Shown in pieces: positions 39,180-51,866 of a stretch of DNA of 64,000 bases. A program made the translations under genes and the position numbers. Position 1 is the stretch's first letter, and each line of letters starts with the position of its first letter. The notes beneath the pieces were generated by a model. The model saw only the letters and a program-made list of their open reading frames with translations, searched no databases and had not been told where the DNA came from. This DNA is from Eledone cirrhosa (taxonomy: Eukaryota): the NCBI GenBank assembly GCA_964016885.1, contig OZ024746.1:98084001-98148000 (forward strand), in the 5' to 3' direction.

Positions 39180-40380
39180 TTCAGTTTGTTTGGCCTCTAT
39201 AACCTATGTTTATTGCTCTGGTATTCTTTTAGTCCATTGAACCCTTGCCGCATATCTCGAAAATTGCGTTTCGCTTTGTTTTTGACCACTGCCGAAATTC
39301 TATCCCGCTGAAATTATTTTTTGTATTAATCTCCCGGGCCTAGCAATTAACCAGTTAATTCTATTAGATAATTCTATTGACTGATTAATTGCTTAAGTTT
39401 ATTTTAAAAACAACCCGGTCGAGAGCTTAATTCGATTTGTGCAGTTTTGCAATTCTTGCATTAATTTTAAACATTCTGAAATCATCTGCCAAAACTGGAG
39501 TTACCTCCCTAGCAGGGTAATACACGTGCGGTAATCGCTCCAACAACACATCTGCTAGGAACCCGCTCGCTGGCTGAGAACAAAATACCTGTTGACGAAG
39601 TGGCAGCCTTGTCCGATCATTATACCAAAAGCTTAATATGGAAGCAGGCAGTATAATTGATTTAGGTGTCGCAAAACCTTTCATTGGATTATACCATCAA
39701 TTACAGGGGGTCCAGGTAAATTCTTCCGTTTGACCTGTTTAGCTTGCTTCGTTTTTTAGGCTTCGGTGGATGACCGCCGTTTTCAGTTTGTTTGGCCTCT
39801 ATAACCTATGTTTATTGCTCTGGTCTTCCTTCAGTTCACTGAGCGATTGCCGCATATCTCTAAATTTGCGTTTCGATTTGTTTTTGACCACTGCCGAAAT
39901 TCGATCTCGCTGAAATAATATTTATATATATATATATACATACATATATATATATATGTGTGTGGTTTAACTTACCACCGTGTCATTCACTTATTTGGTA
40001 CAGAGCGAAATACCTGTTGATAACGTGATATTCCTTGTTCGATCATTATACCCAAAGCTTATATTTTTAAGCAGACTGTATTTTGATTTAGGTGTCACAG
40101 AAACTCTACATCGGATTTTAACAGCAATTCCGGGAGTCCAGGTCTGGTTATCATTTATTTTTTTATCATTTATTTTGTTTTGACCTGTTTAGCTTGATTT
40201 GGGTTTTGGCTTGGGTGGTTAATGCCTTCTTGACCACCTTTTCAGTTTTGTATGGCTTCTTAACACATTATTTAGCTCTGGCTTTTTAACTATTCAGCAC
40301 TTTGCCAGTATCATTTCTGATTTTTGCGTTTCGCTTCGCTTTTCCTCCCCGCCGAAATGCAATTCTCGCTGAATCTTTAT
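39180..40380 (-). mobile_element. Three copies of an unclassified (TA)n-embedded repeat
   Basis: 39180-39325, 39420-39917 and 39963-40380 share blocks with 46733-47173 (+). Confidence 0.7.
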
Positions 40381-40383
40381 TTG

Positions 40384-40449
<66 letters not shown>

Positions 40450-40450
<1 letters not shown>

Positions 40451-40690
40451 TGGTAGCTAAGATGCTTCTATAGGTGGTATGCTGGTTGAGCACTCTATGT
40501 TCTTACAGAGCAGAGTGTGATATAATATAAAACGAAAAATCAGTGATGCATCTGAACTCAATTTATTGTGTGTTACAATTATTTCGCCGGCGGACAGCTC
40601 GAGACACGATCATTGTGTGGATCTGTCTGATTCTGGATCTGCAGGTTCGACGGACACTTCTAATGACTTCGGATCAAATTTTCTCAGTGA
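40450..40690 (-). mobile_element. PLE pLTR-like fragment with degenerate long-stem-II hammerhead (40570-40657)
   Basis: GTGT-CCGTCGA..GAAATAATTGTA-ACAC; homologous to 49515-49740. Confidence 0.45.
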
Positions 40691-40699
40691 GAAAATTTG

Positions 40700-40916
40700 T
40701 ACCCCTTCCACCGTTTTTCCTCCCTTTTTATCCCCCCCTTCTTTTTTCTAAATGTCTCTCCACCACTCCCCCACACACCCTCCTCCGAACTCTCTTCTTA
40801 CCCACTTTTCTCCCGATGAAGGGCTTATGCCCGAACGTCCCCCCCCCCACTCTCAAGAGCGTGAACCTAATAAACTTTTATTTGTACTGCCTCTGTTTTT
40901 GTTCCCGTCCAAGTTT

Positions 40917-40920
<4 letters not shown>
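40700..40920 (+). mobile_element. pLTR fragment related to 19340-19506 with mutated hammerhead (40813-40839)
   Basis: CCGATGA-A-GGGCttatGCCC-GAAC-GTC. Confidence 0.65.
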
Positions 40921-40975
<55 letters not shown>

Positions 40976-41050
40976 TATATTAATTCAAAATATTAACAAA
41001 TATAGACATTCATGTGATCAAGTATATTTACATGATAAAATATGATAAAA

Positions 41051-41112
41051 TATTATACATATTTCAGAGGTACTGACCTATTTTCAACAGTACGTCCTCA
41101 TCAGATAAAATA
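41051..41112 (-). ncRNA. Hydra-type hammerhead motif
   Basis: TAT-CTGATGA-GGACGTACTG..CAGTACCTCT-GAAA-TATGTATA-ATA. Confidence 0.6.
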
Positions 41113-42175
41113 AGTTGATTCTTGACATACCTTGACTATGTTGATGATTAAAATTCAGTCATGGCAGTGAATTAGTTATGACAAAACTCAATATTTATAT
41201 ACCTTAAGATTGAGCCATGAAAAAATACATATAATACAGAGGATGCATGTGAGAAAGCTTATAAAGATACATAATAATAAATAACTACTGGTATAATATA
41301 AGCCTACATAACTGTTAAAAATTTAAATAATTTAAATAAAGTAATATATCTTATAGAAAAAGGAAGTGAAAAACGGAGAGAGAGACATCATAAACTTTAT
41401 TCATTGATTTATTCATTGAACCTCGTTTAACCTTTAATTATATATATATATCTTCATACAAATTTATTTTCATAAGTGTATATATGTGCGTATGTGTATT
41501 GTGTATGCAGCTGCCAGTTCGGGTTTGCAGACAATTAGAGGTTTTTATTGAAAGAACTTTGAAAAGGTTCATCAGAAATCTCAACTAGTCATTTAAAATC
41601 TATTTCAATTTAGAGTAGACTAATTAGTGTTCAACAGATATAGATATAAACAGTTGGTAACAGTGTTTCGCCTTTGTTAGTAAAAACCAAATCAACAACG
41701 ACCAGCAGGGGAATTTATTTTAAAAGTAGTTAAGATCTTATTGATATGTCTTGCGTAAATATAAACGGAACCACATGAACGTTATGGAGTTATACGAGTG
41801 CATCATAATATTATTTGAAAAAAAGCCATCCAATGGAGGTCGACTTCTAACTATATACGAATAAATACTTCCAGCTGTTGTTTTCTATTTGCTATATGTA
41901 AATGAGTATATCCAACAAATGTTTTTCGCTACGAAAAGATATATTTTCTTTGATAGCGAGGCTACAAATATGTTTATTGTGCACAAACATATAGTATATG
42001 CTTTCACATACACCTCTATTATATATATATATATATATATGCAGAGGTTACATTTAATTTGCTGGGATACAATAAGCTTAAAATATTTTTATAATTGATA
42101 TAAAGCACTCAACAGTTTATTGGAGTAAATATACAATATATTAACAAATGGAAACTATATTTATAAAACCATATT

Positions 42176-42241
42176 TATTTTATTATACATATTTCAAGGG
42201 CCACCAAGGCAAATTATGGTGCGCTTTCATCAGATAAAATA
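42176..42241 (-). ncRNA. Hydra-type hammerhead motif
   Basis: TATTTTAT-CTGATGA-AAG..CACCA..TGGTG..CTT-GAAA-TATGTATA-ATAAAATA; 8-bp stem I. Confidence 0.75.
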
Positions 42242-42706
42242 CAATACAGATTAGTTTTATAGATAAATATTGACATACCCTGAAAAAAATACAACCTTAA
42301 CGGTTGGAGCTTCCTGGATAGTGGAGATATTAGATTTATTGAGGATAATATAAGGTGATGATTGAGTATGCATATATATCAAAAGCTTGTATTGAGTTAG
42401 AAACTCAAAATAGTCTCATTACAGTAAATTAGCTCTAGGAAAAAGGTTTTTCCGAGCCGTATATAACTGAACAAAAAGGAAAAACGAACACAGACATATA
42501 TATATGTGAGACTATTCTGAGTTTCTAACTCAATACAAGCTTTTGATATATTCAGCTCCGTTAATTCGTAGAACTATTTCAAATGTCGTGTAGACCCGGC
42601 TGCTATTTTTAGTGGCGCGACACGCTAAGTTCGGGAACCATGTGCGTTATATATACACACACATTTTCCAGTTTTCTGGAAAGTGAGGAGGATATTAATT
42701 TCTTCA

Positions 42707-42783
42707 CCCACTGATGAGCCTGGAATTTGGTATTTCTCTTCGCAAATAATATTGCGAAACGGTTCTATCAAAGACCGTCTGGG
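42707..42783 (+). ncRNA. Type I hammerhead with full stem III, in PLE fragment about 42460-42966
   Basis: CCCA-CTGATGA-GC..GC-GAAAC-GGT..ACC-GTC-TGGG. Confidence 0.7.
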
Positions 42784-42963
42784 AGATGGTAGTTACCACA
42801 ATACTGGTTTGTATTTATTTTTCTTAATTTATTCTTAAATTGAGTCTAGCAAACCCTATTGTCTGTAGTTAGTATTTTTTTCACCTTAGCGATTTTGGTC
42901 CCTTACGATTTGAACACATATATATATGTCTGTGTTCGTTTTTCGTTTTTCCTTTTTGTTCAG

Positions 42964-43075
<112 letters not shown>

Positions 43076-43214
43076 TTATTTCACATACATATATATACAT
43101 ATATATTTATTTCTATATATTTCACATACGCTCCTATTAAATACATGTATATATATATATGTATATATTTCATATACATCCTTATTATATACATATATAC
43201 TTATACAAGTGAAT

Positions 43215-43700
43215 GCACATGATTTAGTGGTTAGAGCGTTGGGCTTACAGTCATGAGGTTGTAAGTTCGATTATCGGACCGGGTGTTGTGTTGCGTCCTT
43301 GAGCAAGACACTTTATTTCACGTTGCTCCAGTTTACCTAGCTGTAGAAATGAGTTGTGACGTCACTGGTGCCAAGTTGTATCGGCCATTGCCTTTCCCTT
43401 GGACAACCTCAGTGGCGTGGAGATGGCCGACTGGTATACATAGGCGACTGCTGGTCTTCTACAGAATATATCTATTTTGGGCGGTGGATTTGCATTATCG
43501 GTAGAGTGTCGGACAACATGCTTTGCGGCATAGAGTTACAACCACTTATGTTCTGACTTCAAATCCCGCCGAGGTTAGCTTTGCGTTTCATCCTTTCGAG
43601 GTCGATAAAAAAAGTATCAGTAATACACTGGGGTCGATTTAATCGACTTTCCTATCCTCCAAAATTGTTGGCTTTATGCCTAATTCCAAAAACATTATTC
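43215..43700 (+). mobile_element. CORE-type SINE followed by family-1 SINE
   Basis: Same motifs as other copies. Confidence 0.8.
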
Positions 43701-43748
43701 ACGCTATTTGGGGGAATAATAACTTTGTATTGATGGATAAAGATTTCA

Positions 43749-46092
43749 AATTTAGGCCCAAGGCCGCCAATTTAGGCCCAAGGCCACCAATTTAGGCCCA
43801 AGGCCGCCAATTTAGGCCCAAGGCCGCCAATTTAGTCCCAAGGCCACCAATTTAGGCATAAGGCCACCAATTTAGGCCCAAGGCCGCCAATTTAGGCCCA
43901 AGGCCGCCAATTTAGGCCCAAGGCCGCCAATTTAGGCCCAAGGCCGCCAATTTAGGCCCAAGGCCACCAATTTAGGCCTAAGGCCGCCAATTTAGGCCCA
44001 AGGGCGCCAATTTAGGCCCAAGGCCGCCAATTTAGGCCCAAGGCCACCAATTTAGGCCCAAGGCCACCAATGTAGGCCCAAGGCCGCCAATTTAGGCCCA
44101 AGGCTGCCAATTTAGGCCTAAGGCCGCCAATTTAGGCCCAAGGCCGCCAATTTAGGCTAAGGCCGCCAATTTAGGCCCAAGGCCGCCAATTCCGGCTTAA
44201 GGCCGCCAATTTAGGCCCAAGGCTGCCAATTTAGGCCTAAGGCCGCCAATTCCGGCTTAAGGCCGCCAATTTAGGCCTAAGGCCGCCTATTTAGGCCAAA
44301 GGCCGCCTATTTAGGCCTAAGGCCGCCAATTTAGGCCTAAGGGCGCCAATTTAGGCCTAAGGCCGCCAATTTAGGCCCAAGGCCGCCAATTCCGGCTTAA
44401 GGCCGCCAATTTAGGCCCAAGGCTGCCAATTTAGGCCTAAGGCCGCCAATTCCGGCTTAAGGCCGCCAATTTAGGCCTAAGGCCGCCTATTTAGGCCAAA
44501 GGCCGCCTATTTAGGCCTAAGGCCGCCAATTTAGGCCTAAGGCCGCCAATTTAGGCCCAAGGCCGCCAATTTAGGCCTAAGGCCGCCAATTTAGGCCTAA
44601 GGCCGCCAATTTAGGCCTAAGGCCGCCAATTTAGGCCCAAGGCCGCCAATTTAGGCCCAAGGCCGCCTATTTAGGCCTAAGGCCGCCAATTTAGGCCTAA
44701 GGGCGCCAATTTAGGCCCAAGGCCGCCTATTTAGACCCAAGGCCACCAATTTAGGCCCAAAGCCGCCTATTTAGGCCCAAGGCCGCCAATTTAGGCCCAA
44801 GGCCGCCAACTTAGGCCTAAGGGCGCCAATTTAGGCCCAAGGCCGCCTATTTAGGCCTAAGGCCGCCAATTTAGGCCTAAGGGCGCCAATTTAGGCCTAA
44901 GGCCGCCAATTTAGGCCTAAGGCCGCCAATTTAGGCCCAAGGCCGCCAATTTAGGCCCAAGGCCGCCAATTTAGGCCTAAGGCCGCCAATTTAGGCCTAA
45001 GGCCGCCAATTTAGGCCTAAGGCCGCCAATTTAGGCCTAAGGCCGCCAATTTAGGCCTAAGGCCGCCAATTTAGGCCCAAGGCCGCCAATTTAGGCCTAA
45101 GGCCGCCAATTTAGGCCTAAGGCCGCCAATTTAGGCCCAAGGCCGCCAATTTAGGCCCAAGGCCGCCTATTTAGGCCCATGGCCGCCACTTTAGGCCCAA
45201 GGCCGCCTATTTAGGCCTAAGGCCGCCAATTTAGGCCTAAGGCCGCCTATTTAGGCCTAAGGCCGCCAATTTAGGCCCAAGGCCGCCAATTTAGGCCTAA
45301 GGCCGCCAATTTAGGCCTAAGGCCGCCAATTTAGGCCTAAGGCCGCCAATTTAGGCCCAAGGCCGCCAATTTAGGCCCAAAGCCGCCTATTTAGGCCCAA
45401 GGCCGCCAATTTAGGCCCAAGGGCGCCAATTTAGGCCCAAGGCCGCCAATTTAGGCCTAAGGGCGCCAATTTAGGCCCAAGGCCGCCAATTTAGGCCCAA
45501 GGGCGCCAATTTAGGCCCAAGGCCGCCAATTTAGGCCCAAGGGCGCCAATTTAGGCCCAAGGCCGCCAATTTAGGCCTAAGGGCGCCAATTTAGGCCCAA
45601 GGCCGCCTATTTAGGCCCAAGGCCGCCAATTTAGGCCCAAGGCCGCCTATTTAGGCCTAAGGGCGCCAATTTAGGCCCAAGGCCGCCAATTTAGGCCTAA
45701 GGGCGCCAATTTAGGCCCAAGGCCGCCTATTTAGGCCTAAGGCCGCCAATTTAGGCCTAAGGCCGCCAATTTAGGCCTAAGGCCGCCAATTTAGGCCTAA
45801 GGCCGCCTATTTAGGCCTAAGGCCGCCTATTTAGGCCTAAGGCCGCCAATTTAGGCCTAAGGGCGCCAATTTAGGCCCAAGGCCGCCTATTTAGGCCCAA
45901 GGCCGCCAATTTAGGCCCAAGGCCGCCTATTTAGGCCCAAGGCCGCCAATTTAGGCCCAAGGCCGCCTATTTAGGCCCAAGGCCGCCAATTTAGGCCCAA
46001 GGCCGCCAATTTAGGCCCAAGGCCGCCAATTTAGGCCCAAGGCCGCCTATTTAGGCCTAAGGCCGCCAATTTAGGCCTAAGGGCGCCAATTT
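43749..46092. repeat. 20-bp minisatellite, about 117 units
   Basis: Unit AATTTAGGCC(C/T)AAGGCCGCC with a few recurrent variants. Confidence 0.97.
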
Positions 46093-46647
46093 TCTGAAAA
46101 GGAAAAAGTCGGTTAAACCATGTCAGTGATTATAGATAGTTTATTTTATCAAGATGAAAGATAAATGAAAAGACATCGCTATTTTCTTTATTGCCAATAC
46201 AAAAGTTAACATCTTTGTAGCAAGTTCTTATTTATAAGAATCGTAAGATAAAGTAGAATTGTTGAAGGTAGAAATGGAATCCGATTAGTTGAGATTAGAT
46301 TAAGTAGTTTTATATACAATATCAAGGACTATTTTATATATATAATCTTCGTTAATCAATTATTGATAGTATGATAGATATTAGAGATTCACTCTGAATA
46401 CTTAACTGTTTAAGAAAAATCAATCACCCAATAAGTAAATGATATGAAATAATGGTTTTGATTTAGGTACAAGGCCAGCAATTTATCCTCCAAGAGTCGA
46501 GATTTTTACTTTTATCTGTACCAAAACACACCCACCGTACCTGCCATCAACAAAAATGTCTGCACTTTGAACAGCTAGTTGCAGATTCATTGAGTGAGCT
46601 AGACGTTGGCCGAGGACTGTTGAAATAGTATCAACAACCTCCGTTAG

Positions 46648-46732
<85 letters not shown>

Positions 46733-46740
<8 letters not shown>

Positions 46741-47173
46741 AAATTTAGCGAGAATCGCATTTCGGCGAGTAGAAATTAGCGAAACGCAACTTCCATATAG
46801 TGCATACAAGCGCTCCATGGATATGAAGAAGAAGATACCAGAGCTATAAACATAAGTTAAAATGGTCATACACGCTGAGACGATGGTTAAGAAGCCATTA
46901 ACCACCATAGCCAAAAAAGTGAGCAAGCTAAACGGGTCAAACAAAATGAGATATGATTGAAATATTTACCCGGACCCTCGGGGAAGATGGAATACTCCGA
47001 AATTGGGTTTCTGCAACACCTAAATGAATAATAATGTCTGATTATAAAAAATAAGCTTTTGGTATAATGATCGAACAAGGCATCGCTTTCTCAACAGGTT
47101 TTTGTTCTTCTTGCGCCAGAATCTCGCAGGTTATACTTTGCGATCTCATACAGAACATATTTGGTTTTAACCA
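46733..47173 (+). mobile_element. Unclassified (TA)n-embedded repeat
   Basis: Homologous to copies at 39180-40380. Confidence 0.7.
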
Positions 47174-47208
47174 TATACACACATACATATATCATATATA
47201 TGCATACG

Positions 47209-47262
<54 letters not shown>

Positions 47263-47350
47263 CAAGGGAATGCAAATATAGGAAAAACCTTACAAAATTT
47301 TTTTTTAAATTCACTGTACTTACTGTATGCGTAAGCACACACACACACAT

Positions 47351-47448
<98 letters not shown>

Positions 47449-47674
47449 TTACGCACGTACACAATCTAGCTCTTTTTACAAAACCTTTTTTTTTTCATTT
47501 CAGGTAGACACACTCCATCTTCCACTTTTCTAAAAAAATAAATCAAACACAAAATGCCAGCACCAACAGTTTTACAAGAGATGTCAACATGAATGGACCT
47601 GTTATTTTTATCGAAAGACATTTTTTCCAATTCCACCCCGCCCGTCCCCTCAATCTATCTTATTTCTCATTCTT

Positions 47675-47710
47675 TCTTCTGATGAAGGACTAGTGTCCGA
47701 AACGTTAAGA
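47675..47710 (+). ncRNA. Minimal type I hammerhead motif
   Basis: TCTT-CTGATGA-A-GGACtagtGTCC-GAAAC-GTT-AAGA; same pLTR family reversed at 15097-15200. Confidence 0.7.
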
Positions 47711-47794
47711 CCCTCTTCCTGCTATATCAAGCGTTAACCTAATATATACCTTCCATATACTGTACTGATTGTGTTGTTATTTCTGTTTATCTTT

Positions 47795-47833
<39 letters not shown>

Positions 47834-47837
47834 TATA

Positions 47838-48142
47838 GGAAAAGAGTCAGGACCCCGGGGGCTGAGCTCTATTACCCATTCTACTACCCTAAGTATCGAG
47901 TATTCTGGTGCGTTATGGTCCACCTGGTACCTTACCTCACCTTCTTTGTTTGTTATATATATATATAACGAAGGAAGTGTGGTAAGGAACCAGATGGACC
48001 ATAACGCACCAGAGTACTCAATACTAAGGGTAGTAGAGTGAGTAATAGGAAAATGTTTAACCCGACGGCAAAGTTCAAACCGTTTCGACGAGAAATAGCC
48101 GTCGAGACGGCTCGAGCTCTGCCGTCGGGGTTAAACATTTTC
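47838..48142. mobile_element. Two PLE terminal fragments (family of 15960-16160), second with inverted half-hammerheads
   Basis: TATTACCCA.TCTACTACCC..TGGTCCA.CTGGT.CCTTACC block; GAAAC-GG..CC-GTC-GGG. Confidence 0.7.
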
Positions 48143-48215
48143 ATATATATATATATATATAAGCAGCGATTCCTTGCTTAAACTATTATTTTAATAAATA
48201 TTTGCTCTATGGTTT

Positions 48216-48280
<65 letters not shown>

Positions 48281-48630
48281 TAAAATAACAGATTAAAGTT
48301 TAAGCAAAGAATCGGTGCTTTCGCCCTTAACGGGATCTTCTGAAACTAAGAATAATCAATCTGTGATCGCAGAAGTAAATATTTCGAAAAACGTTGCAAC
48401 CGAAGGAAAACAGGTAGACGATACTTTGGTTCGTGAAGACGTTCCCTGGTAATGAACGGAAAAAAGCGAAGATAATACTTGCTCTAGGGTTCTTATATAT
48501 TTTATATATATTTATCCTTATCGAGCCCTCTTTGGATTTTAGTCTTGAAAATTATTATTATTACTATATATATATATATAGTAATAATAATAAATAACTT
48601 TATTCTGTTATTTTAAACTTTAATCTGTTA

Positions 48631-48691
<61 letters not shown>

Positions 48692-48715
48692 GAAGGATTA
48701 GAAATAGGACTATCC

Positions 48716-48801
48716 ATCATCAGTGATCTACTAGCCATCATAGGTATTTCTTCGCATTAATGCGAAGAAATACTTATGATGGCTAGTAGATCACTGATGA
48801 T
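48716..48801. repeat. 86-bp palindrome built from the 3' part of the permuted hammerhead-like motif
   Basis: Arms carry CGAAGAAATAC(C/T)T..CTAGTAGATCA-CTGATGA; one mismatch between arms. Confidence 0.85.
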
Positions 48802-48875
48802 TTGTATATCACATTAATTTGTATATCACATTTGCAACAACACAGCACGCCATTTTTCATCATTATATGTATATA

Positions 48876-49065
48876 TGGCGGTGGATTGGCAGTATCGATA
48901 AAGGGTCGGACGCCATGCTTTCCAGCATAGTTACGTCCCTTTGCGGTCTGAGTTCAAATCCCGCCAAGGTTAACTTTGCCTTTCATCCTTACGGGGTCGA
49001 TAAAATAAAGTACCAGTAATGTACTGGGTAATTGCTGGCCTTGTGACAAAAGTAGAAACAATTAT
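48876..49065 (+). mobile_element. Full family-1 SINE
   Basis: Complete head, body and tail. Confidence 0.85.
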
Positions 49066-49258
49066 ATGTATATATATATATATAATCTTTATCGAGCAAT
49101 CTTCGGTTTTTAGTCTTCACATTTATTATTATTATATATATAATCCTTATCGAGCAATCTTCGGATTTTAGTCTTCACATTTATTATTATTACTATAAAT
49201 ATATTTATTGATAGATTTAGGAATAACCATAGAGTGCTTAGAAATACATTGTTTTATT

Positions 49259-49305
49259 AGCTAACGGTGTTTCATCCGTACCCTAAGGCAGGAATCATCA
49301 GAGCC
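49259..49305 (-). ncRNA. Minimal type I hammerhead motif
   Basis: GGCT-CTGATGA-TTCC..GGAT-GAAAC-acc-GTT-AGCT. Confidence 0.55.
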
Positions 49306-49644
49306 TATAAACAAGAGTATATCAATAGTTGCATGTTCCATCAAGCTGCGTCACCAGAACAGGGTTAAAGGGCCAGCAGGGGGGTCCCGAGGCCATCGCT
49401 ATGTAGAAAAGGACGCAATTCATGACGCATCTAATGTCATAAAATGTATATATGTATATACGCACACACACATACGTTCATACGTACACACACATACACA
49501 CATAAACAAATATAGTTGTTGTAGGGTTGCAGGTAAATGCGTCCGTTGGCGGTATACCGGTTGAGCACTCCATGTTCGCGCAGAGCAGAGTATATTACTA
49601 TCGATAACGAGGAATCAGTAATGCATCAAACCACAACTTATTAA

Positions 49645-49734
49645 CATATTACATATGTTTCTCTGTCGATCAGCTCGAGGCAATGTCTGTTGCAGATCGA
49701 ACCTGACTCTGCATTCGAACGTTCCTCAGATTTG
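49645..49734 (-). ncRNA. Hammerhead motif with long stem II insert
   Basis: CAAAT-CTGAGGA..about 60 nt..GAAAC-ATAT-GTA-ATATG; palindromic ACATATGT. Confidence 0.45.
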
Positions 49735-49743
49735 ACTGTCTTC

Positions 49744-49799
<56 letters not shown>

Positions 49800-50109
49800 G
49801 AGAGAGAGCCTAGGAGGGGATAATACTTATACCATTTATTTACTTGAAACCATATCTTATCTATTACTTCCTTCATTTTCTTCAGTAGCTAAGTATTAGG
49901 TGTGAGAGTATAGATATATCATAAGATATCAATAATGGATTATCTATAATCAATAGTCCCTAATATAGTACATGAAACTACTTAATCTAATCTACTCTAA
50001 TCTCATTTCTTTCCTAACGTATTCTATTAATATATATATATACATATATATACATGCGTACATATATATAAGTACACATGTGTATATATATACATATCTA
50101 TATATATAT

Positions 50110-50163
<54 letters not shown>

Positions 50164-50396
50164 ATATATATACACATACGTGTATATATATATATATGTA
50201 TATATATGTATATATATGTATATAAATACACACATATGTATATATATATACACACCTATGTATTTATATATATACATATATATATACATATGTATGTATA
50301 TATATATGTATATATACATATGTGTGTGTATATATATACATATGGGTGTATATATATATATACATATGTGTATATATATATATATGTATATATAAT

Positions 50397-50447
<51 letters not shown>

Positions 50448-50674
50448 GTATATGTATTTATATAGCTATATGTGTGTATATATATAGGCATATGTATGTA
50501 TGTATATATAGGTATATGTATTTATATATCTATATGTATGTATATATATATGTATATGTATGTATATGTGTGTGTATTACACTATCTGGGTGCTTATTTC
50601 TGGTATTTTCTGAGTCACGCCTCAACTTATCAGCCTCTGTTGACGTCATATATGTAATATATATTCCCGCCAAA

Positions 50675-50840
50675 ATAATTGTTTTTACTTTTGGCACAAG
50701 TTCAGCAAAACCCTAGTGTATTACTGGTACTTTATTTTATCGAGCCCGTAAGGATGAAAGGCAAAGTTAACCTCGGCGGAATTTGACACTATGCGTCAAA
50801 GCATGGCGTCCGACCCTCTACCGATACTGCCAATCCACCT
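50675..50840 (-). mobile_element. Internally deleted family-1 SINE
   Basis: Head and body motifs with B-box region missing. Confidence 0.75.
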
Positions 50841-51866
50841 ATAACACTTTCCCGTTAGAGCAATACCCACTATTAATAAATTACGTCCACTGTAGCCCCA
50901 CTCAGTTGAAAATATCGAGTTGTACCTGTAACTCGGAAGGGCAGCGTTGTCATATACTGTTGTGCCACACTGAGTCTTTTGGAAAATATCTTTTAGTTTA
51001 CACATGTAAGAGGAATGCTCAGACACGTGCATGCTAATTACACAAGCAAGCTGTTTCGTTGTTCGAGCAGCTGGAACATTCATCGTCAAAATCGACCGAG
51101 GTTCAACACACACATATATATACACGATTGCTGCCCCCACTCGTTATCGAGTATGGCCATTGCATGATATACCATTATTAATAATTAATTAATGCTATCG
51201 TGCAATGCCTGTGCATGAAGATTTTTTTTAAAGTGAGGAAAGACTGTGCAATGAGCTAATCCCAATCTCTGAGCGACAGTAGCTATAACCCGAAAAGAAG
51301 AAAAGATCAACATCATCGGTAACTACTGAGCCGCAGGCTTTATGACGGAGTTATTCCAGTTTCCTGAGTTGTCTTCTCCTAGAAGAATGCACTGACACAG
51401 GCTAGATGTCCTTCCCTCCCAGTGGTTCAACCGCGCGATCCGGTATTCAGCCGGATTATTTCTATGTCCCCGCGCATATATATACATATGTATACATGTA
51501 TACTTCGCCACTTTCTACTCTCACCCTTCTTTCTTCCCCTCCCTTTCTCCCTATCTACTCTTATCCCACTTTCTTCCTCTCCTTTTCTCCCTCTCACTTT
51601 CACCCCCGCGTCTGACCGTTTAGCAGTTCTCTTCTCACTTACATCTGCGGCGTACGGACGTGTGTCTCTCTCCTTCCTCTCGTCCACTCAGACATGAACT
51701 TCAGTTCTCTTATCGAGTGGTCTTGGATTTCCTACCTATAGTTGCTCGCACATTGCTCGGTTTGTTGTTGTTTTCGCTGTTTTGTTACTGTTTTCTCTTT
51801 TCTTCCTCTTTGCTTTCCTTCCCTCCTTCCTTCGTTTTCCCAGTAACTTATCCAGTTATTGACGCC

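Noticed and set aside
43749-46092. CRISPR-like array
   Set aside because: Units are contiguous with no unique spacers, derive from a SINE tail, and no cas genes are present
48305-48345. Minus-strand CAGAAGA-TCCC..GGGC-GAAAG hammerhead-like motif
   Set aside because: Core U4 is mutated and stems I and III are unconvincing; at best a decayed copy
49972-50716. Long YI/HT/CV-rich ORFs here and at many other loci
   Set aside because: Translations of (TA)n, (CA)n and (TG)n microsatellites
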